A stretch of DNA of 64,000 nucleotides, from the NCBI GenBank assembly GCA_044869265.1, contig JBIOXD010000048.1, positions 16,002-80,001 of the forward strand. Direction: 5' to 3'. Source of the DNA: Gemmatimonadales bacterium. Lineage in GTDB: Bacteria; Gemmatimonadota; Gemmatimonadetes; Gemmatimonadales; GWC2-71-9. Of the stretch, positions 40,969-51,391 are shown piece after piece (positions within the stretch are counted from its first letter, which is position 1; the number at the start of each line of letters is the position of its first letter). The notes below the pieces were generated by a model. It did no database searches. It was given only the letters and a program-made list of their open reading frames with translations, and was not told where the DNA came from. The translations under genes were made by a program, and so were the position numbers.

Positions 40969-42191
40969 TCTATCAATCCTCCCAGCAGCTGCCGTGCAAT
41001 CACAATGCGCTGAATCTCGCTCGTTCCCTCGCCGATCTCGCAGATCTTGGCGTCCCGCATCATGCGCTCGACCGGGTATTCGGTCGTGTACCCATAGCCG
41101 CCATGCAGCTGGACGGCCTTGGTCGTGGCCCGCATGCACAGCTCCGACGCGTACAGTTTGGCCATCGCCGCTTCCTTCTTGAACGGGTGGCCTTGCTGCT
41201 TCAGCCACGCGGCGTGGTACACGAGCTGTTTGGCGGCTTCGACCTCGGTCGCCATGTCGGCGAGCGCGAAATGCACACCCTGGAAACTCGCGATCGCGCG
41301 CCCAAACTGCTTTCTCGTCGTCGTGTAGGTGAGGCACTCCTCCAACGCCCCCTCGGCGAGTCCGAGCGCGAGGGCCGCGATGCCGATCCGCCCGCCGTCG
41401 AGCGTATGCAGGAACTGCCGGAACCCGTTGTTCACGGTGCCCAGCACGTTCTCCTTGGGCACGATCGCGTCCTGAAAGATCAACTCGCGCGTATCCGAGG
41501 CCCGCCAGCCGAGCTTGTCTTCCTTCTTCCCGGAGTGGACGCCCCGATTCTTCGGTAGCTCACTGTCCGGCGCGTGGCCGATCCCGACGCGCTTCGTCTC
41601 TTCGAGGTCGCACGTATCCTTCGTGACCACGAACGCGGTGATGCCGTGAGTGCGTTTGGCGGACGGATCGGTTCGCGCGGTCACGCAGAAGATCTCGCCG
41701 ACTCCGGCGTGGGTGATGAAGATCTTGGAGCCGTTCAGGACGTAGTGATCGCCGCGGTCCACTGCGGTCGTTTTGGTGCCACCGGCGTCCGATCCGGCGC
41801 CGGGCTCCGTGAGGCCGAAGCCGCCGAGCACTTTGCCGGTCGCGAGCAACGGCACGAAGCGACGTTTCTGATCGTCTGTGCCGAAATCGATGATCGGCGA
41901 CGTGCCCAGCGTGGTGTGGGCACTCACGGTGATCGCGTGACTCGCGTCGACTTTTGCGAGCTCGTGGATGACCGTGATGTACGACAAATAGTCCATCCCT
42001 GATCCGCCCAGCTGCTCGGGCCATGGAATCCCGAACAAGCCGAGATCCGCCATTTGCTTGATGTTTTCCCAGGGGAACCGGCTTTCGAGATCGAACTGAC
42101 GGGCAGCGGGTTTGACGACGGTGCGGGCGAAATCGCGCACCATCTCGCGGACTTGCAGGTGGTGGTCTGAGAAGTAGAGCGAGTCGTGCAT
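40965..42191 (-). CDS. Acyl-CoA dehydrogenase
   Basis: 408 aa. [12 protein letters not shown], typical C-terminal YEGTSEIQ-like [19 protein letters not shown]. Confidence 0.92.
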   Translation of the reverse strand: MHDSLYFSDHHLQVREMVRDFARTVVKPAARQFDLESRFPWENIKQMADLGLFGIPWPEQLGGSGMDYLSYITVIHELAKVDASHAITVSAHTTLGTSPIIDFGTDDQKRRFVPLLATGKVLGGFGLTEPGAGSDAGGTKTTAVDRGDHYVLNGSKIFITHAGVGEIFCVTARTDPSAKRTHGITAFVVTKDTCDLEETKRVGIGHAPDSELPKNRGVHSGKKEDKLGWRASDTRELIFQDAIVPKENVLGTVNNGFRQFLHTLDGGRIGIAALALGLAEGALEECLTYTTTRKQFGRAIASFQGVHFALADMATEVEAAKQLVYHAAWLKQQGHPFKKEAAMAKLYASELCMRATTKAVQLHGGYGYTTEYPVERMMRDAKICEIGEGTSEIQRIVIARQLLGGLID

Positions 42192-42221
42192 GGAGAGAAT
42201 ATAGACGGTGAAGACGGTAGA

Positions 42222-43361
42222 TCAGGCGACGTCCTCCCCAAAGTACTTCAGAATCAGCTCGCGATGGGAACCGCATGCCTCCACGTACCGTCGCATCGTG
42301 GGCGCGATGTTCCCCCAGGCAAGATCCTCGGGCCGCCAGAGCACAACGCATTCAGAGGCGTTGCCATCCCGTCCAGCCCGGCCGGCCTCCTGATAGTAGG
42401 CCTCGAGGGTCGGCGGCGGTCCCCAGTGCAGCACCTGCCGCACATCGGGCTTGTCGATCCCCATTCCGAACGCGCTCGTGGCCACGATGACCGAGACATG
42501 TCCGGATAGAAACGCGCGCAGCACACGCCGGCGCACCTCCGCCGTCAAGCCCGCGTGGTATGGAGCGGACCGAACGCTCGTACGCAGCAACGCCCGGGTG
42601 ACGAGCTCGGTTAGCCGCCTGGTGGGCGTGTAGATGAGAGACGCGCCCGACCCTTCCTTGACACGCTGCCGTATGATCGCGAAGCGCTCGCGGTCGTCGC
42701 GGATGCGGCGCGTCGTAAACATCAGATTCGGCCGGTCGAACGACGTGACGACGACCTCCGCATCGGGCATCCTCAGGACCCGAAGGATGTCGGCGCGGGC
42801 CATCGGTGTCGCACTGCCGGTCAGTGCGATCGTCGGTGGACGGCCGAGGCGTGAGCGGTAGATGCCGATGTGACGGTAGAGTGGCCGAAATTCGTTGCCC
42901 CATTCGGTAATGCAGTGCGCCTCGTCGATTGCGAGTAGCGAGACTGGGGTTCGCCGGTCGCAGAGTCGGCGCGTCAGCGAGGCAAGGCGTTCCGGGGCGC
43001 AGTACAGCAGCGCGAGCCGTCCACTCGTGGCGGCTTCGAGGACCACGCGCCGCTGATCGGCGTCGAGTTGGCTGTTCACGTATGCCGCCGGTATACCGCG
43101 CCGTCGCAGCGCACCAACCTGGTCTTGCATCAGCGAGATGAGCGGCGAGACGACGATCGTGAGCCCCCCCCCGTTGCTCATGAGCGCGGGCACCTGATAG
43201 CACAGCGACTTCCCTGCCCCCGTCGGCAGCACGGCGAGCACGTTCCGGCCAGCAAGCAGGGGACCGAGCACCTTGAGCTGATGGACGCGGAAGCGCGCGT
43301 ATCCGAACCGCTCCGTGAGGACTCGTCGCGCGGCGTCGAGATGTCCGGAGAACGTCGCCAT
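42222..43361 (-). CDS. RecQ-family ATP-dependent DNA helicase, short form (helicase core only)
   Basis: 379 aa. Motif I LPTGAGKSLCYQ, motif II AIDEAHCITEWGNEFRP, later ATSAFGMGIDKPDVR and YYQEAGRAGRDG. It ends at ...ELILKYFGEDVA, before the Zn-binding/RQC/HRDC regions. Confidence 0.8.
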   Translation of the reverse strand: MATFSGHLDAARRVLTERFGYARFRVHQLKVLGPLLAGRNVLAVLPTGAGKSLCYQVPALMSNGGGLTIVVSPLISLMQDQVGALRRRGIPAAYVNSQLDADQRRVVLEAATSGRLALLYCAPERLASLTRRLCDRRTPVSLLAIDEAHCITEWGNEFRPLYRHIGIYRSRLGRPPTIALTGSATPMARADILRVLRMPDAEVVVTSFDRPNLMFTTRRIRDDRERFAIIRQRVKEGSGASLIYTPTRRLTELVTRALLRTSVRSAPYHAGLTAEVRRRVLRAFLSGHVSVIVATSAFGMGIDKPDVRQVLHWGPPPTLEAYYQEAGRAGRDGNASECVVLWRPEDLAWGNIAPTMRRYVEACGSHRELILKYFGEDVA

Positions 43362-43413
43362 GTGTCACGAAATACGATGCGCGCGCCGGGGCCCCTACCC
43401 CAAACGCGCGAGG

Positions 43414-45579
43414 ATGGTCACGTTTACGCGCATGACCTCGCTCAAGATCCTCACTCCGGTGGCTTTGCTGATGACTTCACTGCTCAATGCGCAAACGATT
43501 ACCTATCCGCAGGCTCGCCGGGGCGACGTGGTGGACGACTATCACGGCACCAAGGTCGCCGATCCCTACCGCTGGCTGGAGGATGTGGATTCGCCCGAGA
43601 CGCGGGCCTGGGTTGAGGCCGAGAACCGAGTCACCTTCGCTTACCTCGAGCAGATCCCCGAGCGGGAGCGCATCCGGGCTCGATTGACCCAGCTGTGGGA
43701 CTATCCGAAGTACGGGTCGCCGTTCAAGAAGGGCGGCCGCTACTTCTTCTTCAAGAATGCGGGCCTCCAGAATCAGGCCGTGCTCTACAGGCAGAGCTCG
43801 CTCACCGCCGAGCCCGAGGTGTTGCTCGATCCCAACACGCTGTCACCCGATGGGACGGTCGCGCTTTCGACGATCGCGTTGGCCGAGGACGGTCGCACGA
43901 TGGTGTACGGCACATCGGGGAGCGGGTCGGACTGGCAGGAATTCCGCGTCCGTGACGTCGCGACGGCGCAGGACCGCAGCGATCACCTGAAGTGGATCAA
44001 GTTCTCCGGCGCCGCCTGGACCCACGATGGCGCGGGGTTCTTCTACAGCCGCTATCCCGAGCCGGGTGCGGGAGCCGATCCGCTGCTCGACCTGAACCGC
44101 AACAACAAAGTCTATTATCACCGGCTCGGCACCGATCAGTCCGCCGATCGGCTCATCTACGAACGGCCGGATCATCCCGATTGGGGCTTTTCCGTTGAGG
44201 TGAGCGCCGATGGGCGCTACGCCGTCTACACGGTCTGGCTCGGCACGGATCGCCGGAATCGCGTCTACTACCAGGATCTGGGCGACGCGCGGCGGCCCAA
44301 GCTCGACGCGCCGGTCGTGCGTCTGCTCGACGCCTTCGATGCGGCGTACGGCTTCATCGGGAATGATGGGCCGCTCTTTTACTTCCAGACGGATCACACC
44401 GCTCCGCGCGGGCGCGTGATTGCCGTCGACACGCGCCGTCCCGACCAACCCTCGTGGCGCGAAGTCGTCGCGCAGGCTCCCGACGTGCTCGAAGGCTCGC
44501 AGATCGTGCACGACACCTTCGTGCTGCGCTATCTCCACGACGCGGCGTCGCAGCTGCGGTTGTACCGTCTCGACGGCGAGGCGCTGGGCGATGTCCCGCT
44601 CCCGACCATCGGCTCGATCGCGCAGGTCACCGGCGAGCGGCACGACGACGAGATGTTCTACGCCTTCACGTCGTTTCTCTACCCGACCACGATCTTCCGT
44701 CACGATTTCAAGTCCGGAAGGTCAACCGTGTTCAAAGCGCCGGAGATCGCTTTCGATCCGTCCGGCTACGAAACGATCCAGGTTTTCTATCGCAGCAAAG
44801 ACGGCACGCGCGCACCGCTGTTCCTCACGTACAAGAAGGGTCTTAAGAAAGATGGGTCGAATGCGACCTATCTCTACGGCTACGGCGGGTTCAACGTCAA
44901 CATGACGCCGGCATTCTCGATCGGCGTGCTGGCGTGGCTCGAGATGGGGGGCGTGTTCGCGCAGGCGGTGCTGCGTGGTGGTGCGGAATACGGGGAGGAT
45001 TGGCATCAGGCGGGGATGCTCGAGCGCAAGCAGAACGTCTTCGACGACTTCACCGCCGCTGCCGAGTACTTGATTGCGGAGCGCTACACCTCGTCGCCCA
45101 AGCTGGCCATCGGCGGCGGCTCGAACGGCGGGTTGCTCGTCGGTGCCGTGCTGAATCAGCGACCCGAGCTGTTCGGCGCGGCGTTGCCCGCCGTCGGGGT
45201 CATGGACATGCTCCGCTTTCACAAGTTCACGATCGGGTGGGCGTGGGTGACGGAGTACGGCTCAGCCGACAGCGTCGGACAGTTCCCCGCCCTCTATCGG
45301 TATTCCCCGCTGCACAACATGAAACCGGGGACTCGATATCCGCCGACGCTGATCACCACCGCCGATCATGACGACCGCGTGGTGCCGGGACATTCGTTCA
45401 AATACGCCGCTGCGCTGCAGGTGACGCAGGCGGGTCCGGCGCCGGTGCTGATACGCATCGAGACGAAGGCCGGGCATGGGGCCGGCAAGCCGACGGCGAA
45501 GATCATCGAGGAGCAAACGGACCGCTGGGCGTTTCTCGTGCACAATCTGGGAATGTCCCTGCCAACGCCGCAGCCGTAG
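43414..45579 (+). CDS. Prolyl oligopeptidase (S9A family), secreted
   Basis: [18 protein letters not shown]-terminal signature. Catalytic GGSNGGLL, later DHDDRV and GHG. The start is ATG 43414 or 43432 (signal [21 protein letters not shown]). Confidence 0.9.
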   Translation: MVTFTRMTSLKILTPVALLMTSLLNAQTITYPQARRGDVVDDYHGTKVADPYRWLEDVDSPETRAWVEAENRVTFAYLEQIPERERIRARLTQLWDYPKYGSPFKKGGRYFFFKNAGLQNQAVLYRQSSLTAEPEVLLDPNTLSPDGTVALSTIALAEDGRTMVYGTSGSGSDWQEFRVRDVATAQDRSDHLKWIKFSGAAWTHDGAGFFYSRYPEPGAGADPLLDLNRNNKVYYHRLGTDQSADRLIYERPDHPDWGFSVEVSADGRYAVYTVWLGTDRRNRVYYQDLGDARRPKLDAPVVRLLDAFDAAYGFIGNDGPLFYFQTDHTAPRGRVIAVDTRRPDQPSWREVVAQAPDVLEGSQIVHDTFVLRYLHDAASQLRLYRLDGEALGDVPLPTIGSIAQVTGERHDDEMFYAFTSFLYPTTIFRHDFKSGRSTVFKAPEIAFDPSGYETIQVFYRSKDGTRAPLFLTYKKGLKKDGSNATYLYGYGGFNVNMTPAFSIGVLAWLEMGGVFAQAVLRGGAEYGEDWHQAGMLERKQNVFDDFTAAAEYLIAERYTSSPKLAIGGGSNGGLLVGAVLNQRPELFGAALPAVGVMDMLRFHKFTIGWAWVTEYGSADSVGQFPALYRYSPLHNMKPGTRYPPTLITTADHDDRVVPGHSFKYAAALQVTQAGPAPVLIRIETKAGHGAGKPTAKIIEEQTDRWAFLVHNLGMSLPTPQP

Positions 45580-45585
45580 GAAAGC

Positions 45586-45903
45586 TTAGGCGGAATCTTT
45601 CCAGTCGATCGGATAGACGCGGCCACACTCATTGCACTTCGCGTCTTTCATGCCTTCCGGAATGATCGAGCGCGTGCAACAACCGGGACACACCAAGTGC
45701 GGTTGGCGCACGACGCTCCAGGACGTCGGGCGCTGACCGCGAATCTCGAGATCCTCTTTCGGGACGCGAATCTCGACAGCCGCCACGTCGACCACGACCC
45801 ACTCCTTCTTGGGGTCTTCGACGATGCGGTACCACGCGCCGCGACGCAGCCCTTGGCCTTCCGCCCGATTGCCGAGACTGCGCACCCAGCCGATGTCAGC
45901 CAT
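45586..45903 (-). CDS. Small zinc-ribbon protein (CPGC ... CNEC), function unknown
   Basis: 105 aa. Two Cys pairs (LVCPGCC, KCNECG). 8-nt overlap with the upstream GroES-like gene. Confidence 0.55.
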   Translation of the reverse strand: MADIGWVRSLGNRAEGQGLRRGAWYRIVEDPKKEWVVVDVAAVEIRVPKEDLEIRGQRPTSWSVVRQPHLVCPGCCTRSIIPEGMKDAKCNECGRVYPIDWKDSA

Positions 45904-46324
45904 GCTTCCCCCGCACGAGCACGAGTATGGCAGCTTGTGGCACGACGAGATACGTCTTTCCTTCGAAAGTGATTTCGACGGCGGCTTTGCGGAAGAACAA
46001 CGCGTAGTCTCCCATCTCAGCCTGCATCGGGAGGTACTTCACGTCGGGGCCATGAATTTTCCACGGCTCCTCGTCCATGCTGGCGGGCTCGGCCATCGGT
46101 GTGCCCGGACCGGTCGCGACGATGCGGCCACCTTGTACCTGGCGACCTTCGATCGCTGAGGGCGGTAGATAGAGGCCGACGTTCGTGCGCTCCTCTCCTT
46201 CTTCAGGAGAGATGAGCACACGGTCGCCGACGACAATCAACCGTTTGTGTTCATCCGACACACGGGATGATTGTGCCGTTTCGGCACTTTGCGCAAGTCG
46301 TACCATGGGCGTGACGCCCATCAC
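45896..46324 (-). CDS. GroES/Cpn10-like co-chaperonin family protein with an internal insertion
   Basis: KRLIVVGDRVLISPEEGEERTNVGLYLPPSA...GRIVATGPG...GDYALFFRKAAVEITFEGKTYLVVPQAAILVLV parallels GroES, with ~25 extra residues after the GPG turn. Confidence 0.6.
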   Translation of the reverse strand: MMGVTPMVRLAQSAETAQSSRVSDEHKRLIVVGDRVLISPEEGEERTNVGLYLPPSAIEGRQVQGGRIVATGPGTPMAEPASMDEEPWKIHGPDVKYLPMQAEMGDYALFFRKAAVEITFEGKTYLVVPQAAILVLVRGKHG

Positions 46325-46366
46325 GCCTTGTGCTCGTCACATCTATAACAATGTCCCGGCTAAAGA

Positions 46367-47620
46367 ATGTCCGGTCGGTTCCCCTCTCCGGAGCGCCTGA
46401 TGCCAGACGTCGCCAGCGCCGCGCAGACCCAGCAGTGGGCCTTCATCCTGTCGCAGTTGTTCGATTGGGTGATGGCCGGGCTCGCGTGGATTGTTCCTTT
46501 TCAAGCCCAGGTTTTCACTGGTCTTCTTCAGAGTAACTCCTTTTGGACTCTCGCCGGTGTGTCCGTCCTGCTGGTGCTGCCGGCAGGTGCGTTCATCGCC
46601 GGCGTCTGGGGCACGATGGTCTCGCTCTACACGATTCCGTTCCGCCTGGGACGCTCCGTCATACTGCTACAATCGATAGCCCTCGCGTGGTGGGATGCCC
46701 TGCGTATGGTGTGGTTCTACTGGGCGGGGCTCGTGAAGTTTCTCATCGTCCTGGTCGGCTGGGTGTTTGGACTCATGAAGCTCAGCGTGCAGCTCATCTG
46801 GGGGACACTCAAGGGCGCGATTACGTCGCCGCTGGCCATGCTCGACGCGACGTCGCGGCGTCCGGGCGTTCCCTGGGCGGCCTTCGTCCTGCTGCTCGTC
46901 TGGTCCGCGGTCGAAGCGACGATCTTCACGTTCACGCTGCGCCCCACGATGGCCGAGTTGCTCGCCGACCTGACCGGATACGAGGTCAATGCCGTCGCGC
47001 TCGTGCTGCTGCTCTGGATATTTCTGGGAATCATCATCGCGGGCAGCTTCGCGTGTATTCAGGTGCTGAACGATGCCATCCTGGCGAGACAGACCGGCAA
47101 TATCGTGTTCATGATCCTGGTCGAAATCGCGGTCGCGATGTTTGAAGTGCTCTTCCTCTATCGCGAAATGGTGGACGCGATGACGCCATGGCTCGCGCAA
47201 CAAGGTGTCACGCTGGGCGTGATCGGAACCCTCGGGCTCGCGTTCTTCGCGTGGGTCGGCGTGCGCGGCATGACGTGGTTCCTGTTCGGCCGCTTCGGCG
47301 CGCCCGCGATGATCGCGGTGATCAGCCGGCAACCATTGGGCGTCGATCCAGGCGGTCAGGGCGCGGGATCCGGCATGGCCGAGTACTGGAAAGGCCCGAT
47401 TGCCGCGCTCAAGGCCGAGCGCGATTGGTTCCGCAAGGAAGCTCGCGAGCTCTTCGAGCTGGTCTCGCTGCCCGTGCTGCAGGTCGTCGCGGCGGCGCTC
47501 AATTTCCTGTTCGTCGTATTCACGGGCCGCGGCCACTTTACCCTGCCCTTCAAGTCGATCGACGAGGTGATGGCGGCGACGCACTTCCCGGCTCGCGTCA
47601 GCGGACAGGTGACCCAATGA
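46367..47620 (+). CDS. Polytopic membrane protein, unknown family
   Basis: 417 aa. At least 8 long hydrophobic segments (for example FWTLAGVSVLLVLPAGAFIAGVWGTMV, VALVLLLWIFLGIIIAGSFA). ATGA coupling to the next gene. Confidence 0.6.
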   Translation: MSGRFPSPERLMPDVASAAQTQQWAFILSQLFDWVMAGLAWIVPFQAQVFTGLLQSNSFWTLAGVSVLLVLPAGAFIAGVWGTMVSLYTIPFRLGRSVILLQSIALAWWDALRMVWFYWAGLVKFLIVLVGWVFGLMKLSVQLIWGTLKGAITSPLAMLDATSRRPGVPWAAFVLLLVWSAVEATIFTFTLRPTMAELLADLTGYEVNAVALVLLLWIFLGIIIAGSFACIQVLNDAILARQTGNIVFMILVEIAVAMFEVLFLYREMVDAMTPWLAQQGVTLGVIGTLGLAFFAWVGVRGMTWFLFGRFGAPAMIAVISRQPLGVDPGGQGAGSGMAEYWKGPIAALKAERDWFRKEARELFELVSLPVLQVVAAALNFLFVVFTGRGHFTLPFKSIDEVMAATHFPARVSGQVTQ

Positions 47621-48369
47621 AGCGCGCCCTCGCAGGGCTGCTGGCGCTCGGGCTGATCGGCTGCAAGCCTCCGGAAAACGCGGGACCGCCGCGCTCGACG
47701 CTCGTGGTGGGACTCGACGTGAGCGGCTCGTTTCGCCAGAGCGGGCATTTCGATCGGAGCGTGGAATTCGCGGCGCTCTACATCTACGGCCATCTCAACG
47801 GCCTGGGTGGGCTACGGCAGCCGACGGACGTTTTTATCGGATCCATGGGGGGGCAACAGATCAACCAGCCGAAGGCGTTTCATCCCATCCAGGATCTCTA
47901 CGGCAAATCGATAGAGGAGATCGAGCGCGATCTCAGGTCATGGTTCCCCGAGACCGATCCGCTCACCGACTTCAACACGTTCTTTCACCGGGTGTCGGTC
48001 CACGTCAGACGGCAGAACCTGGTGCTCTCGCCGCTCAGCATCGTTATGTTCTCCGACGGCGAGCCCGATTTCCCCGGTGCCGGCCGCATCTCTTCCGAGG
48101 ATCGATATCGCCGAATCGATCTCACACCGCTCGAGTACCTCTCCCGCAGTGTGACGGTGCGGTTGCTCTACGCGACCCCGCGCGTCGCCCAGCTCTGGGA
48201 GCAGCAGGTTCCGCGCAAGCGGGTGCGCCTCTGGACCCAGGACTGGCAGGTCATGCAAGGCTGGCAACGCCACGTCGTGGCAGGCCGGCCACCCGAGCGT
48301 CAGGACTCGCTGTGGAGCTGGATGTCGGAAATCGTCGACTTCCGGGTGAGACGCGGGAAGATTCTCTAA
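47617..48369 (+). CDS. VWA-like (MIDAS DxSxS) lipoprotein
   Basis: ATG 47617 overlaps the upstream TGA. Lipobox LALGLIGC. LVVGLDVSGSFRQ (DxSxS) and later IVMFSDGEPD, typical of von Willebrand A domains. Confidence 0.6.
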   Translation: MKRALAGLLALGLIGCKPPENAGPPRSTLVVGLDVSGSFRQSGHFDRSVEFAALYIYGHLNGLGGLRQPTDVFIGSMGGQQINQPKAFHPIQDLYGKSIEEIERDLRSWFPETDPLTDFNTFFHRVSVHVRRQNLVLSPLSIVMFSDGEPDFPGAGRISSEDRYRRIDLTPLEYLSRSVTVRLLYATPRVAQLWEQQVPRKRVRLWTQDWQVMQGWQRHVVAGRPPERQDSLWSWMSEIVDFRVRRGKIL

Positions 48370-48374
48370 AAAGA

Positions 48375-48423
48375 CCTCGGGCCTCGGGCCTGGGGCCTGG
48401 TCCAGCCCCCAGGCCCCAGGCCC
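48375..48423. repeat. Heptamer array hairpin (CCTCGGG/CCTGGGG units then CCCCAGG units); perfect 15-bp stem
   Basis: CCTCGGG CCTCGGG CCTGGGG CCTGG tccagccc CCAGGCCCCAGGCCC. Arms 48386-48400 and 48409-48423 are perfectly complementary. It lies between convergent genes. There is no U-tract. Confidence 0.85.
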
Positions 48424-48425
48424 CT

Positions 48426-48860
48426 TCAACAGTATTGGTCAAACGCCGCCGTGAGATCGGCGGCGATATCGCGCGCGTGGCGACCCTCGATGTTGCGGCG
48501 CTCCAGCATGAACACGAGCCGCCCATCCTTGAAGAGGGCGATCTGGGGCGAGGATGGTTGGTAGCCTGTGAAGTAGCTCCGCGCGCGCCCCGTCGCATCG
48601 GCATCCTGTCCTGCAAATACCGTGACGAGCCGGGCCGGCCGGCGCGCATGTTGAATCGCGAGCGCAGCGGCGGGCCGGGCGTTGCGCGCGGCGCAGCCGC
48701 AGACCGAGTTGACGACGACGAGTGTCGGCGCGCGCTCGCTCGCGAGCACGGCATCCACGTCGGCGGGAGTGCGGAGCTCCTCAAAGCCCAGGCGAGTCAG
48801 CTCCTCGCGCATCGGGCGAACCAGCTCTGGATCGTACATGGGAACGTTCAAATCGCGCAT
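48426..48860 (-). CDS. Bacilliredoxin-like (YphP/YqiW, BrxA/B family) thiol-disulfide protein
   Basis: 144 aa. VVNSVCGCAA (CGC redox motif) and overall YphP/YqiW-like layout. Confidence 0.65.
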   Translation of the reverse strand: MRDLNVPMYDPELVRPMREELTRLGFEELRTPADVDAVLASERAPTLVVVNSVCGCAARNARPAAALAIQHARRPARLVTVFAGQDADATGRARSYFTGYQPSSPQIALFKDGRLVFMLERRNIEGRHARDIAADLTAAFDQYC

Positions 48861-48867
48861 GCTCTCC

Positions 48868-49626
48868 TCATTTTTTTAGAAACGCGTTCAGCGCCGTCCG
48901 GAAATCGGGCGTGCTGCGGCTCACAGCGTTGACATCGGCTCCCAGCCGTAAGCCTTCCTCGAAACCTAATCCGTCGAGCTGGTAGAACTGCTGCTTGGTG
49001 AATGCGAGCGCGGAGGGGCTCGCTTCGGCCAGCACGCGCAGCACCTCGCCAGCCTGCTCTTCGAAATCCGCGTCCTCATACACCCGCGACGCGAGCCCGG
49101 CCGCTGCGGCCTCCGTCCCATCGAGCAGGCGTCCCGTGGTCGCCAGGTCGAACGCGACCTTTTCGCCGACGGTGCGGCGCAGTATCGTCATCACGATCGC
49201 CGGCACGAAGTTGCGCTGGACCTCGGGATATCCAAACTGGGCCGATTCCGATGCGAGAATCAGGTCGCACGCCGTCGCGAGCCCGCAGCCGCCGGCCAGT
49301 GCCCGTCCCCGCACCAACGCGACGACGGGCTTGGGGAGGCGGCGCATGCGCATGAAAATCTGGGCGAAGTGCAGCGCCGCCTGCCGGTTTTGCTCGAGGG
49401 TTTGATCCGCGGACGCCAGCAGCTCGTTGAGATCCATCCCGGCGCAAAAGTCCCGGCCGGCACCGCGAACTGCAACGACCCGCACGCCGGCATCGAGATC
49501 GGCGCGCTCGAGCATGGCGAGCAGCGCGTCGATCATTGCCGTGTCGATGGCATTGCGCTTGTCCTCGCGGTTGAGCGTCGCCGTGAGAATGCCGCCGGCC
49601 ACCGCGACCAGGACGCGCTCGCTCAC
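48868..49626 (-). CDS. Enoyl-CoA hydratase/isomerase family protein
   Basis: 252 aa. LNREDKRNAI, RGAGRDFCAGMDL, VRGRALAGGCGLATACD. Confidence 0.88.
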   Translation of the reverse strand: MSERVLVAVAGGILTATLNREDKRNAIDTAMIDALLAMLERADLDAGVRVVAVRGAGRDFCAGMDLNELLASADQTLEQNRQAALHFAQIFMRMRRLPKPVVALVRGRALAGGCGLATACDLILASESAQFGYPEVQRNFVPAIVMTILRRTVGEKVAFDLATTGRLLDGTEAAAAGLASRVYEDADFEEQAGEVLRVLAEASPSALAFTKQQFYQLDGLGFEEGLRLGADVNAVSRSTPDFRTALNAFLKK

Positions 49627-50006
49627 CGGCCGACCTCGATTTCCATCCGCAGCAACGCGGTGGAAAACACTTTTCCCTGCGCATCGGTCTTCAATGACAT
49701 CGTGCCGCCGCCATCGAGCGCGCCGTGCAACAGAAAGTTCAGCGCGTTGAGATTGGGCAGCTCGAACCGCTCGACAGGACCCGTGATGATCCCCTGGAAA
49801 TGTTTAGCCACGCGTGCGGCCGTGACCTGTTTGACGAGCAGCGGGTAGTCCTCGGGTCTCAGGGCGATCAATCCGATGTTGGCAGTATCGCCCTTGTCAC
49901 CAGATCGCGCATGGGCAAGGTCGACCAGGCGTACTGTTCGCGACCGCCCCCCCCCGACCGCCGCCTTGGCTGGTTGACCGCGTGACCGCCGCCGTTGCCT
50001 CTTCAT
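49623..50006 (-). CDS. Small partner protein commonly encoded next to AtuA/DUF1446 genes
   Basis: 127 aa. [30 protein letters not shown]. 4-nt overlaps on both sides. Confidence 0.6.
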   Translation of the reverse strand: MKRQRRRSRGQPAKAAVGGGRSRTVRLVDLAHARSGDKGDTANIGLIALRPEDYPLLVKQVTAARVAKHFQGIITGPVERFELPNLNALNFLLHGALDGGGTMSLKTDAQGKVFSTALLRMEIEVGR

Positions 50007-51391
50007 GCTTCCACGATCTCGATCCCTGGTTTCACCACTGTTCTGTCGATCAGCGCCGGCCAGTACGCGACGATCTCCTCGGGCTTCGGACGCCCACCGG
50101 CGAACCCGGTGACACTGGGTGGACCATTGAGAATCAACGGTGCGATTTCCCTGGTAAATCGGTCCACGGGCTTCTGGTCGGCTGCACGGACGCCGATACG
50201 CAACTGCACCTCGGGAATCTCGCTCGCCCTGTCGTCGACGTCCGCGAGCGCGAGAGCGCCGTGCGTCGCCGACGCGCCGACGAACTCCGTATGAATGGCT
50301 TCGAACTTGAGCCCCAGATCATCGAGCCGCTGGCGGAGCACACGATCCGCGGCCTGGGCCTTTTTCAGCGCGTCAGGCCAGGCGTACACGAGCGTCCCCA
50401 CGGCCTTGTAGCCATAGAAGTAGGCGATCGAGACTTTGAGTTTGTCTGTCGCAGGCTTCCCTCTGACACCTGACACCCGAACCCTATCCTTGCCCACCTG
50501 AGCCAGTTGGATAGTCGTAAAGTCCGCAATGCCATCGGGGGTGATGTACTCGCGCGGGTCTCCCATCTCATAGACGAGCTGCTCGGTTACGGCCGGCACG
50601 TCTATGCGGCCCCCCGTTCGGGGATGTTTGAGCAGCTCGAATGTGCCGTCGGCCTGTGCCTCGACAATCGGATAACCCACGTTGGCGAGGTCGGGAATAC
50701 GCTCCCAGTCGCGCAGGCAGTTTCCGCCGCTCGCCTGAGCGCCGCATTCGATGATATGCCCTGCCACCGTTCCAGCGGCGATCAGATCCCAGGCATCACG
50801 CGCCCACCCAAAGGCGTGCATCAATGGACCGAGCGTCAAGCCGGTGTCCGTGACGCGTCCCGTGATTACGACCTGTGCGCCGCGTTCCAACGCGTCCACA
50901 ACCGGCGCCGCGCCCAGATAGGCGTTTGCCGAGAGGACCCGATCGCGGACGTCGCGCAACGGCCGCCCCGTGTCCATGTTCGCGAGCTGGTGGCCCCGAG
51001 CGACGAGTCCGTCGAGCCGGTCGAGTAGATCGTCGCCTGTGACGACGCCGATCTTGAGCTTGCCGCGCAGCCCGAGCTTGCGCGCGACGTCGGCCACGGC
51101 GGCGGCGCAGGCACGGGGGTTCACACCGCCCGCGTTCGCCGTCACTCTGATCCCCCGCTCGACTACGATCGGCAGGATGCGCTCCACTTGCGTGACGAAG
51201 TCAGTGGCGTACCCCAGCGATGGGTCACGGGACTTTTGTTTCTGGAGGATGGACATCGTCACTTCGGCGAGGTAGTCGAGCATCAGGTAGTCGACCGGTC
51301 CACCCGTTACCTGACGGTAGGGTGCCTCCATCCAGTCACCCCAGAACCCCTGCCCGGCCGCGACGCGCACCGTCGCCGGTCGAGAACTCAC
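50003..51391 (-). CDS. Acyclic terpene utilisation AtuA-family protein (DUF1446)
   Basis: 462 aa. [11 protein letters not shown]...[17 protein letters not shown]-terminus is typical of AtuA/DUF1446. Confidence 0.7.
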   Translation of the reverse strand: MSSRPATVRVAAGQGFWGDWMEAPYRQVTGGPVDYLMLDYLAEVTMSILQKQKSRDPSLGYATDFVTQVERILPIVVERGIRVTANAGGVNPRACAAAVADVARKLGLRGKLKIGVVTGDDLLDRLDGLVARGHQLANMDTGRPLRDVRDRVLSANAYLGAAPVVDALERGAQVVITGRVTDTGLTLGPLMHAFGWARDAWDLIAAGTVAGHIIECGAQASGGNCLRDWERIPDLANVGYPIVEAQADGTFELLKHPRTGGRIDVPAVTEQLVYEMGDPREYITPDGIADFTTIQLAQVGKDRVRVSGVRGKPATDKLKVSIAYFYGYKAVGTLVYAWPDALKKAQAADRVLRQRLDDLGLKFEAIHTEFVGASATHGALALADVDDRASEIPEVQLRIGVRAADQKPVDRFTREIAPLILNGPPSVTGFAGGRPKPEEIVAYWPALIDRTVVKPGIEIVEA

